IMG/VR virus record: IMGVR_UViG_3300006752_000035
Coordinates: 1-54,590 of that record
Reading direction: 5' to 3' (one strand)
DNA length: 54,590 nt
Origin: a virus
Lineage: Duplodnaviria > Caudoviricetes
A program made the position numbers and the translations under genes. The notes beneath the pieces are model-generated. The model was not told the DNA's origin and ran no database searches. It was given only the letters and a program-made list of their open reading frames with translations. Shown here piece after piece: positions 49,201 through 54,590 of the stretch (position 1 is its first letter; every line of letters begins with the position of its first letter).

Positions 49201-49654
49201 AACAACAGAAGTAAACATTGATGTTGATATTTCAGATGCTGAGCCGCTTAGACAGAGATTTAGAGATACTATTTCTAATAATGTTAAAGCAGATACTGAT
49301 GCTGTAATATTAAATTCATCAAACGAATTAAGATACTTTATTAGTAACATTACTAATATGCGAGAAAAACTAGAACAAGTAGGAAAAAGTCAAAATAAAT
49401 TTTTACCGTTGTGGATGAGAACTCCTCAAGATAATACAATACAAGAATTAGGTTATACATTAGCTATACCGTTAGCGTATTGTAAAGAAGGACAAGCAGA
49501 GCAAGTAAAACTTAATATTCAAAATGCCTTGAAAAAAGGTGAATTTGACTTTAAACAATTAAATTTAGATATTGATAGATATGTATTAGATAGCGCCATA
49601 GGTATAAACGAAGAGCGTTACATAGTGTTTCATAATTATATCTTTAATGTTTAA
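46265..49654 (+). CDS. Baseplate wedge-like protein with putative Ig/cadherin-like domains
   Basis: Repeated G.LP.G(L/I).L...G.I.G motifs (GKLPSGL, GNLPPGI, IPPGT, GSLPNGL); C-terminal LPLWMRTPQ. Confidence 0.7.
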   Translation: MVNLWNVPNNHTITLAERIRLDPGDLTLPVLPETTSISVIAGKLPSGLRVEGLDIRGTPFEEATTTEYKIVFRASSPNGFTDRTIIFLVGDEDEPFWVTNPDLLAVGRGNSYFILDNEFIDYQLIAQDPDVSAGQPLEYYVRPGDGNLPPGIELTKEGRLVGVVEPLLALDKRAESGGWDTSPYDVYPSDFAIKSDNGWDSFFYDTFTFDFNYKAQTPKKLNRYYEFRVTVNDGYTQTPPQRIFRIYVVGDDFLRSDNSILKVSTGIFRADNTNVRQPVWLTPADLGYKRANNNIMIYLDVYDSNTLDGKVLYNLEDFNDDGTPSVIPPGTKIDTISGEIGGTIGYQPAITKEYKFTVNATRFSLDIDYAFVTGTIYEDVMSGNRSFQIYKLPLTVQDGITLNDGIEDLAVLRGLRLSIEGRSYQVEAVDGTNEDFDIITLTTPLESKIEFVVAEAQSLETYYVYAERINFIAAQNFIGKTLRFAPGNSGERYSVKQIIDYVEWEIRSPSSSIEINLAAADVSPLIGGLVESRPDKIRRVFKLNDDNTLDPWPVSVTAADADLIRFKAPKSLLTSEYKIKDIFVPASDGEDDLKFTLISDDLSVVKFNENFQNGRQWNVGQRVGLALFSDDFFEKSIVSTANTDITNPATAKTFSLKILGEVDSTIEWLSPADLGTITANFISTLRVVAATTVPDARLVYTLESGSLPNGLTLAYNGEIIGKVSQFGTLDNLGLTTFDSADFSLDDSSTSIDRRKRFTIKAADRFGYSAITQEFTVLINDEDDTLYSNLYMRPMLAPSMRDQYRRFISNPLIFPPNTIYRAADKNFGIQPTINMLAYAGIETKQIDEFVAATAKNHRRKQYQTGAVKVAKAKEPGTTDVVYEVVYLEVIDPQEPKQGKVSEFVVATPDPAITVDSVGIEAKDDSTAQDTGANTVPVDGRFRDQYVVVDGNESMTVRTRDGTPLQQLIDNDDIDITLRDGTTEVNIDVDISDAEPLRQRFRDTISNNVKADTDAVILNSSNELRYFISNITNMREKLEQVGKSQNKFLPLWMRTPQDNTIQELGYTLAIPLAYCKEGQAEQVKLNIQNALKKGEFDFKQLNLDIDRYVLDSAIGINEERYIVFHNYIFNV

Positions 49655-49689
49655 ATACGCTAAATAATACATAATGGAGAAGATACAAA

Positions 49690-50301
49690 ATGGCCAGTAA
49701 CATTACAAGTTTAACAATAGATAACGAATATCCTGTGGCAGGCGTCGATAACGATAGCCAAGGATTTCGCGATAACTTTACAATTATTAAAGATAGTTTA
49801 GCAGCAGCAAAAGCTGAAGTTGAAGATTTACAAACAAAAGTACTTTTAAAATCTGCACTAACAGGCGACGATACTTTACTAGAAGACATTAACAACATGT
49901 CCGGCGGTACTATATCACAAGTTAATGTATTACAAGGTACCGAAACAGTACTAGTTAGTGACGGCGTTTCATCTCCACAAAACATTAGTTTTGGAAACGG
50001 ACACTACCAAGCAGTATCATTAACAGGCGACATTACACTTACACTTTCAGAATGGCCAGACGAAGGGTATGCTAAAATGCGCATTGAATTATCAAGTGAT
50101 TCGGCTTCAACAAGAACCATTACACTATTAAGTGAAAACTCCGGAGAGTTTAAAGTATTAGCATCAGACAGTTGGGCGCAGGTAACTGCTAGTTCACTGG
50201 AAGTTACCGTACCAAATTCAACTGATCCAGTAATTATCGACTTTTGGACACGAGACGGTGGTAACAAAGTGTTTAGTAAGCTACTTGGACAGTTTACATA
50301 A
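49690..50301 (+). CDS. Conserved virion protein
   Basis: MASNI...YPVAGVDNDSQGFRDNF; TAAATA at 49652 and 49661; GGAG RBS. Confidence 0.75.
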   Translation: MASNITSLTIDNEYPVAGVDNDSQGFRDNFTIIKDSLAAAKAEVEDLQTKVLLKSALTGDDTLLEDINNMSGGTISQVNVLQGTETVLVSDGVSSPQNISFGNGHYQAVSLTGDITLTLSEWPDEGYAKMRIELSSDSASTRTITLLSENSGEFKVLASDSWAQVTASSLEVTVPNSTDPVIIDFWTRDGGNKVFSKLLGQFT

Positions 50302-50303
50302 TA

Positions 50304-50537
50304 ATGTTTAACCCGCTTGTTGATAGTTTAACTGATTTAAGTGACAGCGATTTAGAACAAAAAACCATTGAGCTAAGTCGCAAATACTGGATGACCAGCA
50401 ACCCACAATTACAATCCCAAATAAATACTATTCTGTTTATGTATCAGGACGAACTTAGCGCACGTAGAGCACAATCAATGCAAAAAAGTTCCGATGATCA
50501 GCAAAATGGACTTGACAATTTAATCAATATCAGTTAA
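50304..50537 (+). CDS. Hypothetical protein
   Basis: Directly follows the upstream gene; helical. Confidence 0.7.
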   Translation: MFNPLVDSLTDLSDSDLEQKTIELSRKYWMTSNPQLQSQINTILFMYQDELSARRAQSMQKSSDDQQNGLDNLINIS

Positions 50538-50540
50538 AAT
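50512..50540 (+). promoter_or_regulatory. Sigma70-type promoter, probably giving a leaderless transcript
   Basis: TTGACA-17-TAAAAT; ATG 50547 is 6 nt downstream with no SD. Confidence 0.65.
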
Positions 50541-50546
50541 AACTGT

Positions 50547-51077
50547 ATGCTTATGAAAACAGACGAACTCGGTATCCCACGATTTACAAATAAAGACTTA
50601 GTTGATATGATCTATTCAGGTCATGTTGACAAGTGTCATGTAGTATTGTGTGAACAATCAGACGATGTAGACAAGTTTAATGCTGTTATGGAAGAACAGG
50701 GTTTTGACACGCTACAGAAGTATATTCCATTAGATGTAGATCAAAAGACTTTTGACGGTGTATGTCAAAGTGAATGGTTTATGCCTGATGAATACAAAGA
50801 CATTAATGTATACAAATATGTACTAGGTAAAGCAGAAACACCCTGCCCACAACACGTACAAGATCGTATATGGGAAGAACTACAAGAATATAAAAAACGT
50901 GATATGCATAACTTATTACGCTATATGATCTATCTTGTAGACTTTATGCGTGAGAATGATATTGTTTGGGGAGTAGGCAGAGGATCAAGTGTTGCTAGTT
51001 ATGTACTATATTTAATAGGTGTACATAAGATAAATTCAATCCAGTTTGACCTGGATTGGCGTGAGTTCCTTAGATAA
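50547..51077 (+). CDS. DNA polymerase III alpha (DnaE)-like N-terminal/palm fragment (split family-C polymerase)
   Basis: RIWEEL...YLVDFMRENDIVWGVGRGSSVASYVLYLIGVHKINSIQFDLDWREFL matches the DnaE GRGS..S.V.Y.LGI..DP....L..ERFL motif. Confidence 0.85.
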   Translation: MLMKTDELGIPRFTNKDLVDMIYSGHVDKCHVVLCEQSDDVDKFNAVMEEQGFDTLQKYIPLDVDQKTFDGVCQSEWFMPDEYKDINVYKYVLGKAETPCPQHVQDRIWEELQEYKKRDMHNLLRYMIYLVDFMRENDIVWGVGRGSSVASYVLYLIGVHKINSIQFDLDWREFLR

Positions 51078-51107
51078 ATACGTACATAATTCATTAGGAG
51101 AATTAAT

Positions 51108-51524
51108 ATGGCACAAAAAATGAAAGGTCAAAAGACCTATACATCAATGCAAGGTAAGAAAATTGATATGGACTTACTACGCAAAAAGAACGAACTAACA
51201 CCAGCAGTAGGCAATGTCCGTGTAAACGCTCGTGGCGATGAACTAGGCGCAGGTGGAAAAATTATTAAAAAACGTGAAGACGTTGTTAAAGACTATTACA
51301 ACAATTCATCAAGACCCGTTGCAGACGAGCCAAGTCATTTAGAAACAGCAGTAGCAACTCCAGCACCAGTTGTTGCAGAAACTACAAAGACAAAAACAAG
51401 TTCTAAAAAGACATCAAAAGCTCAACAGAAAGTAGAAGCTACAGAGTTATCTAAAGAAGAACAAGAGATGTTCGACGAGTGGGTCGAAGATGAAGACGGC
51501 AACTTTGCAAAAAAGGATAGTTAA
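51108..51524 (+). CDS. Conserved late hypothetical protein
   Basis: TAAATA at 51075; AGGAG RBS; YTSMQGKKIDM...AVGNVRVNARGDELGAGG. Confidence 0.8.
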   Translation: MAQKMKGQKTYTSMQGKKIDMDLLRKKNELTPAVGNVRVNARGDELGAGGKIIKKREDVVKDYYNNSSRPVADEPSHLETAVATPAPVVAETTKTKTSSKKTSKAQQKVEATELSKEEQEMFDEWVEDEDGNFAKKDS

Positions 51525-51529
51525 AAGAA

Positions 51530-51910
51530 ATGAAATCATTCGACGGTGATGCAAATCCTGTTGGCAATCGTGTATTCGTAAAAGAGATGCACTTTGGCGA
51601 ACAAAAAACGAAAAGTGGTCTAATTATTATGGACGACGATGGTAAAACTCGAGGCATTTATCCTCGATGGTCACAAGTACATGCTAAAGGACCTGAAAAC
51701 AATGACCCATATAATGTTGGTGATTGGATTTTAGTAGAGCATGGACGATGGACTCACGCATTTAAGGTCAACGATATTGAACTTAGAATGGCAGAAGCAG
51801 AAGCAGTAATTGGTTGGGCAGACGAACGTCCAAACAGTGTTCAAATTGGTGCAGAGTATGGCGATGGTGAACACGCTACTATTGACCCAAGTTCATTTAT
51901 TAATCAATAA
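51530..51910 (+). CDS. groES: Co-chaperonin GroES-like protein
   Basis: PVGNRVFV, mobile loop EQKTKSGLII, V.AKGP, VGDWILV. Confidence 0.8.
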   Translation: MKSFDGDANPVGNRVFVKEMHFGEQKTKSGLIIMDDDGKTRGIYPRWSQVHAKGPENNDPYNVGDWILVEHGRWTHAFKVNDIELRMAEAEAVIGWADERPNSVQIGAEYGDGEHATIDPSSFINQ

Positions 51911-51919
51911 GAGGTAGAC

Positions 51920-52345
51920 ATGGGCGTACATTACGGACCAACAGCAGAAACTAGAGAACAAAATAATGTAAATGTAGAAGTAACTCCATTTGCAGATCAA
52001 CAATCCTTTATGGAAGCATGTGATCAAACAACACAGCAGTATAATTCAGATCAGTATGACTTGTATTTGAATCTTATTGATGAAGAAGTAGAAGAACTAA
52101 AAGAAGCACTTGAAGCACACGATCGTGTAGAACAACTAGATGCATTAATTGACATTCTAGTTGTTACAATTGGTGCTATACACTCCGGCGGATTCGACGG
52201 CGAAGGTGCATGGAAGGAAGTAATGAGTACAAACTTTGCTAAAGTTGACTCATTTACAGGTAAAGTTACCAAAAGAGAAGATGGTAAAGTACTAAAGCCT
52301 GCAGGCTGGCAAGCACCTAAACTTAGACCACACGTAAAAGCCTAA
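51920..52345 (+). CDS. MazG-like all-alpha NTP pyrophosphohydrolase
   Basis: LIDEEVEEL, DALIDILVV and NFAK...REDGKVLKP motifs. Confidence 0.88.
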   Translation: MGVHYGPTAETREQNNVNVEVTPFADQQSFMEACDQTTQQYNSDQYDLYLNLIDEEVEELKEALEAHDRVEQLDALIDILVVTIGAIHSGGFDGEGAWKEVMSTNFAKVDSFTGKVTKREDGKVLKPAGWQAPKLRPHVKA

Positions 52346-52363
52346 AAAAACATTAAAAAACAC

Positions 52364-52392
52364 TTGACATAAAGTCTCTCTTATGCTATTAT
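52364..52392 (+). promoter_or_regulatory. Sigma70-type promoter
   Basis: TTGACA-17-TATTAT with extended -10 TG and an upstream A-tract. Confidence 0.75.
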
Positions 52393-52428
52393 AATACAGT
52401 AAGTATAATATTAGGCAAGAGAGGCTTT

Positions 52429-53013
52429 ATGATGAAAAAAACAATGTTAGTGGACGCAGATGGCGTTCTATTTAATTGGGAATATGCGTTCAATTTATAT
52501 ATGGAAGAGCATGGTTTCGAAGAAACACCCGATGCTCGACTAAAATATTCAATAGGTGAGCGTTACAATATTTCCAACAACCAAGGACATACAATGGTCC
52601 GGCACTTTAACGAAAGTGCTATGATTGGTTTCTTACCAGCATTACGTGATGCAGTAGAATATATTACAAAACTTGCCGACGAAGGTTGGGAGTTTAAGTG
52701 TATTACAAGCCTCAGCACAAACAAGTATGCACAAGACTTACGTCAAAAGAACTTAGATAAAGTATTTGGAGAAGGTACATTTACTGAACTTATTTGTTTA
52801 GCAACAGGTGCCGATAAAGACAAAATATTAAGACAGTTCGAAGGCAGCAACCTTTGGTGGGTTGAAGATAAAGTAGAAAATGCAACAGCAGGTGCAAACG
52901 TTGGTTTACGTCCGCTAGTTATGGAACATGGTTACAACATGGACGATGATACTTGGCCAAGAGTAAAGAACTGGAGTGAGATTTACGATATCGTAACAGG
53001 GGAATCTATATGA
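52429..53013 (+). CDS. HAD-superfamily hydrolase (5'-nucleotidase / T4 gp30.2-like)
   Basis: LVDADGVL (DxDG), ITS, K, WVEDK and HGYN motifs. Confidence 0.85.
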   Translation: MMKKTMLVDADGVLFNWEYAFNLYMEEHGFEETPDARLKYSIGERYNISNNQGHTMVRHFNESAMIGFLPALRDAVEYITKLADEGWEFKCITSLSTNKYAQDLRQKNLDKVFGEGTFTELICLATGADKDKILRQFEGSNLWWVEDKVENATAGANVGLRPLVMEHGYNMDDDTWPRVKNWSEIYDIVTGESI

Positions 53014-53171
53014 AATTACCAACACAATTGTCAGGACTAGGTACTACCGGTTTAACTGGTATTACTTTGATGACGTTGCATATTACAGGATACTTAACAG
53101 GATGGGCATGGCCTTTGCTGTATGTATTCTTGATTATTTCGGGTATTGGACAAGAAAATAGGAGAGGCTAA
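53010..53171 (+). CDS. Small membrane protein (53 aa)
   Basis: ATGA coupling; MKLPTQLSGLGTTGLTGITLMTLHITGYLTGWAWPLLY... Confidence 0.6.
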   Translation: MKLPTQLSGLGTTGLTGITLMTLHITGYLTGWAWPLLYVFLIISGIGQENRRG

Positions 53172-53714
53172 ATGGCGCAAATTCATGGTATGATTGACTT
53201 AGAGACACTAGATACACAACCTAGTTGCACTGTACTAAGTCTCGGAGCAGTAAAGTTTAACGCTTTAAATGATAGTGAACCTCATTCAGAGATGTATTTT
53301 AAGATTTGTGTAGACGACCAAGATCGTTTGGGTCGAACCACAAGTGATGATACAATTGAATGGTGGAGTAAACAAGATCCTAAAGCATTAGATGAAGCAT
53401 TTGACCAAACAGGTGCAATTAGTGTAGAAGAAGCACTACGTCGAATTACCAAATGGATGGTAGGAGTCGATGTATTATGGGGCCACGGATATGGCTTTGA
53501 TATTACAATTTTAGAAAATATGTTTAAGATGGGCGAGAAACCTACACCTTGGCACTTTTGGCAAGTTAAAGATAGTAGGACTTTATTTACTATGTGTGAA
53601 AAAGATCCTCGTAAAGTTCTTCAACAACAAGATTTACATAATGCACTTGCTGATGCATATTTCCAAGCAAGAGGCGTACAATTAGCATACAAACAATTAG
53701 GAATTTTAAAATGA
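53172..53714 (+). CDS. DEDD 3'-5' exonuclease (DexA / RNase AS-like)
   Basis: MIDLETL, WGHG.GFD, DSRT and HNALADA motifs. Confidence 0.88.
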   Translation: MAQIHGMIDLETLDTQPSCTVLSLGAVKFNALNDSEPHSEMYFKICVDDQDRLGRTTSDDTIEWWSKQDPKALDEAFDQTGAISVEEALRRITKWMVGVDVLWGHGYGFDITILENMFKMGEKPTPWHFWQVKDSRTLFTMCEKDPRKVLQQQDLHNALADAYFQARGVQLAYKQLGILK

Positions 53715-53878
53715 TGGCACAGCAAAACAAAGTAGGTAACGCTACTAAAGAAGAAATACAAGAATATTTAGACAAAGGTGGTAAAATTACAGTGTGTGAA
53801 CCCGGAGCACGTACTGAAAACATTAGTTTTAAAGGTGGCTTCTACGGTAAAAAGACAAAAAAAGATGATGAGGAATGA
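53711..53878 (+). CDS. SutA-like RNA-polymerase-binding small protein (55 aa)
   Basis: EEIQEYLDKGGKITVCEPG resembles the SutA RNAP-binding core (FL..GG.I); not in track. Confidence 0.55.
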   Translation: MMAQQNKVGNATKEEIQEYLDKGGKITVCEPGARTENISFKGGFYGKKTKKDDEE

Positions 53879-54039
53879 TACGCTGGTATGACATTGTGTC
53901 AGCTGTATCATGTTCTTATCTTATTATGTATTTCTTCTTTACAGTTCCTATTATAGGTGCTATAATAGCATATGTAATATACGAATACTTATGGGGACAG
54001 ATGTACTGTCAATATAGATTAATGCAGGAGAACAAATGA
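53875..54039 (+). CDS. Small membrane protein (54 aa)
   Basis: ATGA coupling at both ends; MIRWYDIVSAV... Confidence 0.6.
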   Translation: MIRWYDIVSAVSCSYLIMYFFFTVPIIGAIIAYVIYEYLWGQMYCQYRLMQENK

Positions 54040-54590
54040 AAGAATTATGGGTAGAAAAGTATCGTCCTAACACAGTAAATGGTTACGTATTTAGAGATGA
54101 CGCACAACGTAGTCAAGTAAATACTTGGATTAAAGAAAAAACTATTCCGCATTTGCTGTTTAGTGGTAATGCAGGTATTGGTAAAACAACACTTGCTAAA
54201 CTATTGTTTAATGAACTTGAAATAAATGAGTTAGATATACTTGAAATAAACGCATCACGAACAAACTCAGTAGACGATGTGCGTGATAAAATTGTAAACT
54301 TTGTACAGATGATCCCATTTGGGGACTTTAAGGTTGTATTACTTGATGAGGCAGACTACTTATCTCCAAACGCTCAGGCAGCGTTGCGGGGTGTTATGGA
54401 AGAGTATCATACTACTGCTCGTTTCATTCTTACTTGTAACTATCCAAATCGTGTTATACCCGCTTTGCATAGTAGGTGTCAAGGTTTCCACATTGCTAGG
54501 ATTGACCAAACTGAATTTACAGCTAGAGTCGCTGAAATCCTTATTAATGAAGGTGTTACTCCTGATTTGGATACGCTCGATACCTATGTA
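54036..54590 (+). CDS. Sliding-clamp loader AAA+ subunit (T4 gp44 / RFC-small-like), 3'-truncated
   Basis: LWVEKYRP, Walker A GNAGIGKTT, INAS, Walker B LLDEAD, FILTCNY, SRC. Confidence 0.93.
   Translation, partial: MKELWVEKYRPNTVNGYVFRDDAQRSQVNTWIKEKTIPHLLFSGNAGIGKTTLAKLLFNELEINELDILEINASRTNSVDDVRDKIVNFVQMIPFGDFKVVLLDEADYLSPNAQAALRGVMEEYHTTARFILTCNYPNRVIPALHSRCQGFHIARIDQTEFTARVAEILINEGVTPDLDTLDTYV

Noticed and set aside
17544-50267. Many 60-150-aa antisense ORFs within structural genes (and 11819..12448 outside this span)
   Set aside because: Ser/Pro/Val/Leu-rich mirror translations caused by sense-strand codon bias; no RBS or motifs.
1-54590. Stop-codon reassignment, CRISPR array, integrase/transposase, introns or inteins
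   Set aside because: Multi-kb genes are open in the standard code; TAA, TAG and TGA all end genes; no suppressor tRNA, spaced direct repeats, recombinase or homing-endonuclease/intein motifs were seen.

Overview
AT-rich, gene-dense 54.6-kb segment of a large tailed dsDNA bacteriophage. It has T4-like elements (TAAATA late promoters, gp9/gp10-type baseplate N-termini, gp44-like clamp loader) and is probably marine/aquatic with a proteobacterial host (inference). 1-17 kb is an accessory region: ClpP, four tRNAs (Asn-GTT, Thr-TGT, Trp-CCA, Arg-ACG), a 68-nt tRNA-like element, cytochrome c, sulfotransferase, metallophosphoesterase, ATP-dependent DNA ligase, QueD, glycosyltransferase, UV endonuclease, IscA and many small membrane ORFs. 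17-50 kb is a virion/tail module with giant proteins (3068, 1132, 1923, 1151, 964, 776 and 1129 aa). 50.5-54.6 kb holds replication and nucleotide genes: a stand-alone DnaE N-terminal piece, GroES, a MazG-like enzyme, a HAD hydrolase, a DEDD exonuclease, a SutA-like protein and a clamp loader. The most notable observation is an apparently complete ribosome-coupled attenuator (promoter, Trp-codon leader peptide, antiterminator, terminator) directly in front of the phage tRNA-Trp gene. Others are six phycobiliprotein-like (K/R)CxRD repeats in a virion protein, a plant-type LRR virion protein, a preQ1-I-like pseudoknot before queD and a shrunken tRNA mimic. All calls come from reading motifs by eye; no searches were run.
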